In this document: piece after piece, positions 46,448-54,923 of the stretch | Layout of the letters: the number at the start of each line of letters is the position of its first letter | How positions within the stretch are numbered: position 1 is the stretch's first letter | DNA from: an uncultured Dehalococcoidales bacterium | GTDB taxonomy: Bacteria > Chloroflexota > Dehalococcoidia > GIF9 > AB-539-J10 | Length of the DNA stretch: 64,000 nt | Assembly (NCBI GenBank): GCA_964578745.1 | Contig: CAZODZ010000001.1 | Coordinates: forward strand, 17,676-81,675 | Direction: 5' to 3' | Notes under the pieces: model-generated | What the model was told of the DNA's origin: nothing | The model's input: the letters and a program-made list of their open reading frames with translations, nothing else | Database searches by the model: none | Translations under genes and position numbers: made by a program

Positions 46448-47774
46448 CATAAGTCCAGAATTGCTCACCATTCTCATGCTTGCAGGTGTGCTTGGGGGCG
46501 TGCTGCTTGGCTACCCGCTCGCCATCCCTGTGGGTGCGATGGGGTTGTTCTTTGGTTACCTTGTGTATGGTAATGCTATTCCCAGTCTTCTGTACGGACG
46601 TCTGTTCAGCCTAGTGCACTCGTACACCTTGCTGGCGATACCGCTGTTCGTGTTCATGGGGGTGATGCTGGAGAAGTCGGGGATAGCCGAGAAACTGTAC
46701 CAGGCGCTGTATGTGTGGTTGAGTGGCTTCAGTGGTGGTCTTGCGATAGTGACTGTGCTGCTGGGGACGATACTGGCAGCATGTGTGGGTGTCATCGGAG
46801 CCTCAGTCTCGATGCTGGCCATCTTTGCGTTGCCGGCGATGTTGAGGCGTGGTTACGACAAGTCGCTTGCGAGCGGAGCGGTGTGTGGGGGTGGTACTCT
46901 TGGCATCCTGATACCTCCGTCCATCATGCTCGTCATCTACGGGCCTATGGCGGGTGTATCGGTGGGGCAGCTGTTCATGGGAGCGTTCATCCCCGGCTTC
47001 ACGCTTTCTGCGCTTTACTGCGGCTACATTGGCATACGGTGCAGCCTGAACAAGAGGCTGGGCCCGCCGGTACCTGCGGAAGAGGTGCAGATGTCCTTTC
47101 TGCAGAAGAGCTGGCTGCTGTTTGTGGCGCTTGCGCCTACGGCGTTCATCATCATGGCGGTGCTGGGGAGCATCTTCCTGGGCATTGCACCGCCGACAGA
47201 GGCGGCCGCGGTGGGTGCGCTGGCGTCGGTGGGGCTTGCGGCAGGCTACCGGCGCTTCAATTTCCAGGTGTTGAAAGAAACGGTGACGCAGGCGATGCAG
47301 GTAAGCTCGATGATCTACCTCATCGGTGCACTCTCCTTTGCGTATGTGGGAGTGTTTGTGGGAGCCGGATGCGGTGACGTGATCGAACAGTTCATTCTTG
47401 GTGCTCCAGGGGGCCGCTGGGGTGGTTTCTTCGCCATCATGTTCATCGTATTCATACTGGGGTTCTTCATCGACTGGATAGGGATCGTGTTCATTATGGT
47501 TCCGATAGTGGCGCCGATAGCGCCGGCGCTTGGATTCGACCCGCTCTGGTTCGGCATGATGCTGGTGATCAACCTGCAGATGTCCTTCATGACACCGCCG
47601 TTTGCATCGGCCATCTTCTATCTTAGAGGGTCGGCTGACCCGGCGCTGGGAGTGACGATGGGCGACATTATCAAGGGTGTGTGGCCGTTTGTGATCTGCA
47701 TCATCATCGGCCTCGTGCTCTGCACGGTATTCCCGGAACTCATCCTCTGGCTGCCCAGCAAGATGATTGCGTAG
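46440..47774 (+). CDS. TRAP transporter large permease (DctM), copy 1
   Basis: 444 aa, ~12 TM, LLAIPLFVFMGVMLEKSGI motif; TTG start overlapping the dctQ stop by 8 nt. Confidence 0.8.
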   Translation: MIDISPELLTILMLAGVLGGVLLGYPLAIPVGAMGLFFGYLVYGNAIPSLLYGRLFSLVHSYTLLAIPLFVFMGVMLEKSGIAEKLYQALYVWLSGFSGGLAIVTVLLGTILAACVGVIGASVSMLAIFALPAMLRRGYDKSLASGAVCGGGTLGILIPPSIMLVIYGPMAGVSVGQLFMGAFIPGFTLSALYCGYIGIRCSLNKRLGPPVPAEEVQMSFLQKSWLLFVALAPTAFIIMAVLGSIFLGIAPPTEAAAVGALASVGLAAGYRRFNFQVLKETVTQAMQVSSMIYLIGALSFAYVGVFVGAGCGDVIEQFILGAPGGRWGGFFAIMFIVFILGFFIDWIGIVFIMVPIVAPIAPALGFDPLWFGMMLVINLQMSFMTPPFASAIFYLRGSADPALGVTMGDIIKGVWPFVICIIIGLVLCTVFPELILWLPSKMIA

Positions 47775-47778
47775 TGAT

Positions 47779-47812
47779 GTGGCACCCGTGGCGCCTCGGC
47801 CACGGGTGCCAC
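47779..47812 (+). terminator. Putative intrinsic terminator after dctM1
   Basis: 13-bp stem TGGCACCCGTGGC/GCCACGGGTGCCA with 6-nt loop, followed by T-containing tract. Confidence 0.4.
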
Positions 47813-48107
47813 TTGCGTTCGTGTGACTTTTCCCCTCTTCTCTGATCTGAAACGACGTCCATGTGTTGACACTCGTGAAATGCTCGGATACGATGATGCT
47901 AGCGGATGGTCGAGGACGAACGAATGGTAGTGTAGCTGCAGCGTGTGTAGCGGGGGGGGCGCGTGGCGCCATATGGTTGGTCGTATTGGTTCGTTCGCGA
48001 GGTTGATACGCTCCGAGTCTTTGCGGGGGGAGTTTGCCTATGGAGCAGCAGGAAGAACGTCTATCCCAAGCAAGTCTTGGCTTTTGCTAGTCATGGGGAG
48101 GGAACAA

Positions 48108-49244
48108 ATGAAGAGAAAGTTAGTTTGGCTCCTGGTTCTTGTTTCTATTGTCGGGCTGTTAGCCATGAGTTGTGCGCCTGAAGCCGCACCACCTGCGGAG
48201 GAGGGTGAGGGCGCGCCTGCGCCGCAAGAGGAGGAGGAAGAAGAAGAGGCGCCTTCGCAACCGGCGGGGGAGACGTACACGTTCAAGATACAGACGTCGT
48301 TTGACGCCGCGAATCCCGCCCACATTTTCGGTGCGAAGATATGTGATGCGGTGACAGCGATGAGCGGCGGCCGTCTGGAATTCAAGGCATTCACCGGTGG
48401 TGCCATTGTGCCGGCTACCAAGGAAATGGATGCCATCGATGTTGGTACGATTGAGGGCACCTACACCTGCACGATGTACAACATGGACAAGTGGCCTGAA
48501 GCGGGCCTGTTCAGTGCGAGGCCGGGTGGCCTTACCGCTGAGGCGGCGCCGGTGTGGTTCCAGTTCTATGGTACGGATTTCCTCAATAAGATGCTCGAGG
48601 GTTACGATGTGGTGGCTATACCGGGTATCTGCCCGCAGCCCCCTGAGATCTTCGCTCACTCCAAAGTGAAGATCGAGACCGTTGATGACATCAAGGGTCT
48701 GCGAATGCGCACGTCTGGCGACGGCGGCGAGGTTATGACCAGGCTTGGCGCGTCAGTTGTATTCATGCCGGGTGGCGAGTTGTACGAGGCGATGCAACGC
48801 GGCGTCATCGATGCATTCGAATACGCCTCTCCGTCGGTGGACTGGGCGATGAGCTTCCAAGAGATTGCCAAGTACGTCATCTTCTCCGCGACCCGTGCTC
48901 CGAGTGACCCACTCGTCTTCTATCTCAACAAGAGCAAGTACGAGGCGTTGCCTGATGACCTGAAGGCCATCGTGCAGCATGCCGTACAGTCGGTCACCCG
49001 GGAACAGCAGATGTGGCTTGAGAATGACAACATCGCAGCTATCAAGAAGTTTGAGGATTATGGCTGTGAACTCTATCATCTGCCTCCTGACGTCGAGCGT
49101 GCCATTATCGACACTGCGAGCGAGTTCTACGCTGAGAAAGCTGCACAAGAGTCGCAACTCTACAAAGATATACTGGAGTCGCAGCTTTCGTTCTCTGCAG
49201 CGTACAATCGGCAGTCTGCTTTGAACACCCCCAACCCTTCTTAA
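48108..49244 (+). CDS. TRAP transporter substrate-binding lipoprotein (DctP family), copy 2
   Basis: ATG MKRKLVW after GGGAGGG; lipobox LAMSC; poly-Glu linker; ~40% identical to copy 1. Confidence 0.75.
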   Translation: MKRKLVWLLVLVSIVGLLAMSCAPEAAPPAEEGEGAPAPQEEEEEEEAPSQPAGETYTFKIQTSFDAANPAHIFGAKICDAVTAMSGGRLEFKAFTGGAIVPATKEMDAIDVGTIEGTYTCTMYNMDKWPEAGLFSARPGGLTAEAAPVWFQFYGTDFLNKMLEGYDVVAIPGICPQPPEIFAHSKVKIETVDDIKGLRMRTSGDGGEVMTRLGASVVFMPGGELYEAMQRGVIDAFEYASPSVDWAMSFQEIAKYVIFSATRAPSDPLVFYLNKSKYEALPDDLKAIVQHAVQSVTREQQMWLENDNIAAIKKFEDYGCELYHLPPDVERAIIDTASEFYAEKAAQESQLYKDILESQLSFSAAYNRQSALNTPNPS

Positions 49245-49260
49245 TCTCATCGACATAGGA

Positions 49261-49292
49261 TGCCGTCCCTGGTCATGTGCCCGGGGACGGCA
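49261..49292 (+). promoter_or_regulatory. 9-bp hairpin between dctP2 and dctQ2 (same position as the copy-1 hairpin)
   Basis: TGCCGTCCC-14 nt loop-GGGACGGCA read in sequence. Confidence 0.4.
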
Positions 49293-49310
49293 CCGAAATG
49301 TGTGGTAGCT

Positions 49311-49820
49311 ATGAGACGAATTCTTCAGGTTATCGACGCAGCGAGCGAGCACGTGGGTTCGTATGCGCGCTGGTTGTGCCTTGCGCTTGTGCTTGTCGGG
49401 GCATTCGATACCTTCATGCGGTATGTCTTGAATGCCCCCACTGTCTGGGCGTATGAGACCTCAAGCATGCTTGGGGGATCCATCTATGCGCTTGGCTGGG
49501 CGTATGCTCTGCTCCACAAGTCACACATTCGAGTCGACATCTTCTTCAACCGTCTCTCGGAGCACCGACAGGCGGTTGCCGATATCGTCTTTTCCTGCAT
49601 CTTCTTTTTCCCTCTGATGGGTGTGCTGCTGTACAAGGCAACGTTCTGGGCCATCCGCGCATGGGAGCGCGGCGAGGTCATGATGGAAAGCTACTGGTAC
49701 CCGCCGGCGGGTCCGTACCGCACGGTGATTGCCGTCGGGATACTGTTGCTACTCCTCCAGGGTATCGCCAAGCTCGTGCGCGACGTCCATTTCGCCATGG
49801 GAAGGGGGCGCCTTGATTGA
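49311..49820 (+). CDS. TRAP transporter small permease (DctQ), copy 2
   Basis: ATG MRRILQVIDAAS; four TM; paralog of copy 1. Confidence 0.7.
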   Translation: MRRILQVIDAASEHVGSYARWLCLALVLVGAFDTFMRYVLNAPTVWAYETSSMLGGSIYALGWAYALLHKSHIRVDIFFNRLSEHRQAVADIVFSCIFFFPLMGVLLYKATFWAIRAWERGEVMMESYWYPPAGPYRTVIAVGILLLLLQGIAKLVRDVHFAMGRGRLD

Positions 49821-51153
49821 CTTGAGTCCTGAAGTTGTCACCGCCATCATGATGGGTGGCATTCTTGTCGGCGTCCTGACCGGCTTTCCACTGGCGTTCG
49901 TTGTCGGAAGTATCGGGCTCATCGGTGGATATCTGCTCCTGGGCGACGCGGCATTCGAGATACTGTATTCACGTCTCTATTCTCTGTCCCTTAACTACCC
50001 GCTCCTTGCCGTGCCACTTTTTACTTTCATGGGAGTAGTGTTGCAGCGGTCGGGGATAGCCGACGGCCTTTTTGACGCCCTCTACCTGTGGCTCGGCGGT
50101 TTCAGAGGAGGTCTCGCGGTGAGTACCGTCATTTTCGGGACGATACTTGCTGCCTGTCTGGGTGTTATCACAGCCTCCGTGACCATGCTGACACTGATTG
50201 CCTTGACTCCCATGCTCAAGAGGGGGTATGACAAGTCGCTGGCTACAGGGGCGGTATGCGCCGGCGGCACACTGGGGATTCTCATTCCCCCCAGCGTGAT
50301 GCTTGTCATCTATGGCCCGATGGCGCAGGTATCGGTCGGTCAGCTGTTCATGGCGGCGATTTTCCCTGGCCTCATTCTATGTACGTTGTACTGCCTGTAC
50401 ATAGCTGTCCAATGCATACGCAGGCCAGACTGGGGGCCGCCTGTTCCCAGAGAAGAACGGGCAGTGTCGTTTGTGGTGAAAACGAAGATGCTGCTCTACT
50501 CCCTTGTCCCTCCCATGCTGCTTATCCTGTCGGTGCTGGGCACGATATTCTTCGGCATTGCGCCGCCTACCGAGGCAGCATCAGTCGGCGCATTCGCGGC
50601 GATGGTCTTGGCAATCGTGTACCGGAAGTTCTCCTGGGACATCCTCAAGGGAACGGCACTCGATACGTTGCGTGTGAGTGCGTTTGTCTTGATGATAGGC
50701 TGTCTCTCGTTCGCGTTCGTAGGCGTGTTTATTAGCGCAGGTGGCGGAGATGTCGTGGCCAGGCTCATCCTCGCGACTCCTGGAGGCAGGTGGGGTGCCT
50801 TCTTCATGGTCATGTTCATCGTGTTCATACTGGGCATGTTCATCGATTGGATAGGGATCGTATTCATCATGGTGCCGATACTGGCACCTATCGGACCTGA
50901 GCTGGGTTTCGATCCTCTCTGGTTCGGCATGATGATATGCCTCAACCTTCAAATGTCGTTCATGACACCTCCGTTCGCAGTTTCCATCTTCGTCTGCAGG
51001 GGTACGGCTGCACCGGAGTTGGGGGTCACGATGAGTGACATCATCCGAGGGGTGATCCCGTTCGTTGCACTCATCATTGTCTGCCTTGTCCTGTGTACAC
51101 TCTTTCCTCAGATCATGTTGTGGCTGCCTGCACACATGATTAGCGGATTCTGA
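49813..51153 (+). CDS. TRAP transporter large permease (DctM), copy 2
   Basis: TTG start (LIDLSPEV) overlapping the dctQ2 stop by 8 nt exactly as in copy 1; 12 TM. Confidence 0.75.
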   Translation: MIDLSPEVVTAIMMGGILVGVLTGFPLAFVVGSIGLIGGYLLLGDAAFEILYSRLYSLSLNYPLLAVPLFTFMGVVLQRSGIADGLFDALYLWLGGFRGGLAVSTVIFGTILAACLGVITASVTMLTLIALTPMLKRGYDKSLATGAVCAGGTLGILIPPSVMLVIYGPMAQVSVGQLFMAAIFPGLILCTLYCLYIAVQCIRRPDWGPPVPREERAVSFVVKTKMLLYSLVPPMLLILSVLGTIFFGIAPPTEAASVGAFAAMVLAIVYRKFSWDILKGTALDTLRVSAFVLMIGCLSFAFVGVFISAGGGDVVARLILATPGGRWGAFFMVMFIVFILGMFIDWIGIVFIMVPILAPIGPELGFDPLWFGMMICLNLQMSFMTPPFAVSIFVCRGTAAPELGVTMSDIIRGVIPFVALIIVCLVLCTLFPQIMLWLPAHMISGF

Positions 51154-51191
51154 GTAGTCCTCCTTGTGTCTGAACACAGAGGCTGGCGCCA

Positions 51192-51228
51192 GGGTTATGG
51201 CGCCAGCCGGACATTTTCGTCCGATTGA
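51192..51228 (+). terminator. Putative intrinsic terminator after dctM2
   Basis: 10-bp stem GGCTGGCGCC/GGCGCCAGCC, 8-nt loop, followed by ACATTTTCG. Confidence 0.45.
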
Positions 51229-51380
51229 TGGGGCACTCCCTCAATGGTACAATGGGCCGGAGTGTGTCAGCTTGCGGGCGAGTTCTGTGTTGACCTGCTG
51301 CAATTCGTCGAACCAGTTCCACCCTCAACCCGTTCTGCTGCGCACTCAACAGTGCATGGTTGTAGGAGGCTAATGTTCAG

Positions 51381-52889
51381 ATGAGAACACCAGAGCAATA
51401 CAAAGCCGACCTTGTGAAGATGAGGCCGAACCTTTACATCGGTGGAGAGAAGGTCGGTCGTGATGATCCCCGTATCTTGCCCGGTGTGAACGTCATGGCG
51501 GTCACATTCGAGATCGCACAGGACCCGAAGTGGAAGGGTGTTGCTACTGCAAAGTCGGTCTACACAGGAAAGGAAATCAATCGCTGGGCGCACACTCCGC
51601 AGCATCCCTATGACCTGATGCAGAAGCAGAAGATGATCCGCCTGGGTGCGCAGCGCGTGGGCGGGTGTATCCAGCGCTGCATGGGCCATGACGCCATCAC
51701 CGCGTTGTCAATCGGCACGAAGGAGATTGACGACAAGTACGGCACCGACTACCACCAGCGTTTTATCGACTGGCTGTCCTGGTACCAGGAGAAGGACCTG
51801 TGTGCTGCCTGTGCGCAGACTGATATGAAGGGCGACAGGACAAAGCGGCCCAGTGAGCAGGTCGAACCGGGTCAGTACGTTCATGTCGATGAGGTGACTG
51901 ACAAGGGGATCTATGTCAGCGGCTGTAAAGTGTGTATCACCATGGCCGCGTATGCAGACGAGATTCTTGTTCTGCCTACCCGCGCAATGATGGAAGCCGA
52001 CGCTGACTGGGCGGTAGCATTTGCAATTCCGGCTGATGACCCTGGCATCAAGCTTGTTACACGTCCGGTGTGGTTACACGAGCGCAAAGAGATAGATGCG
52101 CCGTTCTGCAACTATGGAGTTTCCGACTCTATGATCATCTTTGATCGCACGTTTGTGCCGAAAGAGCGGGTCTTTATGTGCCGTGAGTGGGAATTTGGCC
52201 GACGGCTCGCCATGCTGTTTGCGGATTCACATCGCCACAGCTACTGTGGGTGCAAGCCTGCGGTGTCGGATGTGCTTCTTGGTGCCACACTGCTCGCGGC
52301 TGATGCCAACAATATCAGCAGGGTGAGCCATGTCCGCGAGAAGATGTCCGAGTACGCGATGACCTCCGAGCTCGCCTTCGCGGCAGGCGTGGCCGCTGCC
52401 ATGTACGGCGAAAAGACAGCGTCTGGCACCTTCTTCCCGAACACTATCTTCGCCAACGTAGGTCGCAGGCTGATGGGCGAGAACATTTACCATGAGTACA
52501 ACCTGCTGACCGAGATTGCTGGTGGACTGTCAGTAACGATGCCGTTCGAGGAGGACTTCTATAACCCTGAGACCAAGCCCTATATGGACAAGTACATCGT
52601 ACGCAACTCCAAGCTCTCGCCTGAGGAGTCTCACCGCATCTGGCGGTTCGTCGAAAATGTGGCTGCGTCTGCAATGACCTCGTGGTACCAGATAGCTGGT
52701 GTTCATGGTGGTGGTTCTCCCATCATGGAGACGATCGCGCTGAACATAGATTACGACTATGATGCGCGTCGCAATGTGGCACGCTATCTGGCAGGCATCG
52801 ACAAGGAGCTTGACCAGTCCAAGGAGTTGATGAGCCAGCCGACATTCGGGTGCAACCTTATGCATCCTGAGGCGTTCACTGAGATGTAG
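51381..52889 (+). CDS. 4-hydroxybutyryl-CoA dehydratase / vinylacetyl-CoA isomerase-like protein (HpaB/4HPA3-hydroxylase-fold family)
   Basis: 502 aa; CIQRCMGHD (C-x3-C near residue 96-100) and HRHSYCGC (His...Cys 7 apart near 284-291) correspond in spacing to the [4Fe-4S] ligands Cys99/Cys103/His292/Cys299 of Clostridium aminobutyricum AbfD; AGGAGG RBS. Confidence 0.55.
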   Translation: MRTPEQYKADLVKMRPNLYIGGEKVGRDDPRILPGVNVMAVTFEIAQDPKWKGVATAKSVYTGKEINRWAHTPQHPYDLMQKQKMIRLGAQRVGGCIQRCMGHDAITALSIGTKEIDDKYGTDYHQRFIDWLSWYQEKDLCAACAQTDMKGDRTKRPSEQVEPGQYVHVDEVTDKGIYVSGCKVCITMAAYADEILVLPTRAMMEADADWAVAFAIPADDPGIKLVTRPVWLHERKEIDAPFCNYGVSDSMIIFDRTFVPKERVFMCREWEFGRRLAMLFADSHRHSYCGCKPAVSDVLLGATLLAADANNISRVSHVREKMSEYAMTSELAFAAGVAAAMYGEKTASGTFFPNTIFANVGRRLMGENIYHEYNLLTEIAGGLSVTMPFEEDFYNPETKPYMDKYIVRNSKLSPEESHRIWRFVENVAASAMTSWYQIAGVHGGGSPIMETIALNIDYDYDARRNVARYLAGIDKELDQSKELMSQPTFGCNLMHPEAFTEM

Positions 52890-52929
52890 CAGCCATATAC
52901 GCGAGTGGTAGAAACACAAGGAGAGCGAG

Positions 52930-53763
52930 ATGACCGAAGATGAGAAGTTCGAATCGCTGGCGAAGAGGTTTCGCCTTGATGGCAAAGTTGCCATTGTAAC
53001 CGGCGGCAGTCGTGGTATCGGACGTGCCATCGCTCTGGGGCTCGCGGAGGCTGGCGCCGACATCGTCCTCACGAGCCGCAAATTGCCTGATCTCGAGACG
53101 GTGGCGAAAGAGATTGGCGAACTGGGTCGTAGGGCAGTCGCTATTGCTGCAAACATTCGGCATCTGGAGGAACACGACAAAGTCGTCAAACAGACCGTCG
53201 ATACGTTCGGCCATGTCGACATCCTCGTAAATAACGCTGGCACGAATGTGCTCTACGCATCATTGTTCGACATGGATGAGAAGGCGTGGGATATCACTTT
53301 GGGGCTGAACCTTAAGGCGGTGTTCTTCTTGAGCCAGAAGGTCGCCGCTCAGATGCGTGACCAGGGTACAGGCGGAAGTATCATCAATATCTCTTCTGAT
53401 TCTGGTTTTCGTCCCTACCTGGGTATGAGTGCATATTCCATTAGCAAGTGTGCGGTGCAGCATCTGACGGCCGTGTTCGCGCAGGAACTGGGCCATCTGG
53501 GCATACGATGCAACTGTATCGCGCCCTCAGTGACGCGAACGAGGCTTTCGGAGGCCCTCTGGAACGATCCTGACAACCTACGACGTAAGGAGATGAATAC
53601 CTCGCTGGGTCGTGTTGCTGAGCCAATCGAAATGGCAGGAGCAGCCTTGTTCCTTGCCTCTGATGCATCAAGCTACATGACTGGACAGACCATGCTCATC
53701 GACGGTGGTGAGTATGCCATGGTCCAGGACTTTCTCAGGACTCTGCCACACAAGACGGCCTAG
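52930..53763 (+). CDS. SDR family oxidoreductase
   Basis: TGGSRGIGRAIA Rossmann motif, NNAG, Ser-YxxxK (YSISK) catalytic residues. Confidence 0.8.
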   Translation: MTEDEKFESLAKRFRLDGKVAIVTGGSRGIGRAIALGLAEAGADIVLTSRKLPDLETVAKEIGELGRRAVAIAANIRHLEEHDKVVKQTVDTFGHVDILVNNAGTNVLYASLFDMDEKAWDITLGLNLKAVFFLSQKVAAQMRDQGTGGSIINISSDSGFRPYLGMSAYSISKCAVQHLTAVFAQELGHLGIRCNCIAPSVTRTRLSEALWNDPDNLRRKEMNTSLGRVAEPIEMAGAALFLASDASSYMTGQTMLIDGGEYAMVQDFLRTLPHKTA

Positions 53764-53784
53764 TCGTCTTGATTTGTAGGGAGA

Positions 53785-53810
53785 AGGGGGCCGCGGAATG
53801 GCGGCCCCCT
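53785..53810. terminator. Bidirectional terminator hairpin between convergent SDR and PTE-family genes
   Basis: GGGGGCCGC-GGAATG-GCGGCCCCC perfect 9-bp GC stem. Confidence 0.45.
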
Positions 53811-53847
53811 CCCATTGTCAGGTCGGAAGTCCGGTTGAGATGCACTC

Positions 53848-54903
53848 TTAGCAGAAAGTGAACACTCGCGCTGGATTCTCTACCATTAGGTGCCGGATGT
53901 CGTCGTCTGTCATGCCCTTGGACTTCATCACTGGCACCGCGTTGTCGAGGATGTGTGCATAGCCCCATCCGCCGTACTTCCTACGCTGAGTCTTGTTCCA
54001 GATGTCCTGCGAAATAAGTATCTGGTCTGTGAACCCCCTCTCCATGAGATCTATTATCTCGTTGATTCGCATGTGGTCGTTCGGAAGGTCTATCTTGCGG
54101 TGCTCCGGTGGGTAGTATCCTTCACGGCCGAAGAGATCGTACTCCATGTAGACGCCTGTTTCCGCGACTGCAATCCTGTTGGAGCGGTCGCGCACGGCGC
54201 GGTCGATGTGGTCCATTATGGTGCGACTGAGGTCGGCGCCGGCTTCTTCTGCAATTCTTATAGCCTGCATCGCTGAGTCTTCGTGCTGGCCCGGGTGGAT
54301 GTTAAGCGCCGCTCCGGTCTGTTTTTGGGCTCTTGCGGCGGCACGCAGGGACTTGCGCTCACGGTCTGTCAGGGGCCACGAGCAGCCAATCTCGCCGATT
54401 ACGCCGGCGCAGATGCCGGTGCTGCCGACCCCTTCCTCGATGTCGCGAATGATTTCATCCACGATCTCATCCTCACTCTTGGTGTCCATTGCCGGTGGTA
54501 GCGAGGAGTCGATGTAGTAACCGGCGCCCATGATAATGTGCAACCCGGTGGCACGTGAGATGCGGGCGAGTGAGTTTGGTGACCGCCCGAGGCCGATGCT
54601 GCTCATCTCGACCACAGTTCTGCCGCCTGCACGCTTGAAATGTGTTATCTCCTCTATCGCTTCATCCTCGTCCATGCACGTGAGGTCATCGAGGTTGGTG
54701 AACCTGTGATAAGTGAGCCACCAGAGGATATCCACCGACACCTTACGCCGGGCCATCTGTTTCTCAAATGAGTCCTCCGGCTCCACGAACCAGCCTGAAC
54801 CATCGCTCATCAGATGTTCGTGCGGCAGTGTGATACCCATGTCCCCGGGCTCTATCAGCCCTAGGACCGTCTGGACCTTGCCTCTGCGTTCCTCTCGCTT
54901 CAT
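53848..54903 (-). CDS. Phosphotriesterase-family protein (PTE/PHP amidohydrolase; probable lactonase)
   Basis: N-terminal GITLPHEHL binuclear-metal HxH motif, TIM-barrel amidohydrolase length (351 aa). Confidence 0.75.
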   Translation of the reverse strand: MKREERRGKVQTVLGLIEPGDMGITLPHEHLMSDGSGWFVEPEDSFEKQMARRKVSVDILWWLTYHRFTNLDDLTCMDEDEAIEEITHFKRAGGRTVVEMSSIGLGRSPNSLARISRATGLHIIMGAGYYIDSSLPPAMDTKSEDEIVDEIIRDIEEGVGSTGICAGVIGEIGCSWPLTDRERKSLRAAARAQKQTGAALNIHPGQHEDSAMQAIRIAEEAGADLSRTIMDHIDRAVRDRSNRIAVAETGVYMEYDLFGREGYYPPEHRKIDLPNDHMRINEIIDLMERGFTDQILISQDIWNKTQRRKYGGWGYAHILDNAVPVMKSKGMTDDDIRHLMVENPARVFTFC

Positions 54904-54923
54904 AGCCTGTGTTCCTCCTCCAG

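Noticed and set aside
46803-47972. 389-aa minus-strand ORF rich in Arg/His/Pro running antisense through dctM1
   Set aside because: It is entirely contained in the opposite strand of a well-supported 12-TM permease gene. Its composition is typical of antisense frames in high-GC DNA, and it has no family signal.
50581-51177. 198-aa minus-strand ORF (His/Asp/Glu/Arg-rich) antisense to dctM2
   Set aside because: It is an antisense artefact and nearly duplicates the artefactual ORF opposite dctM1.
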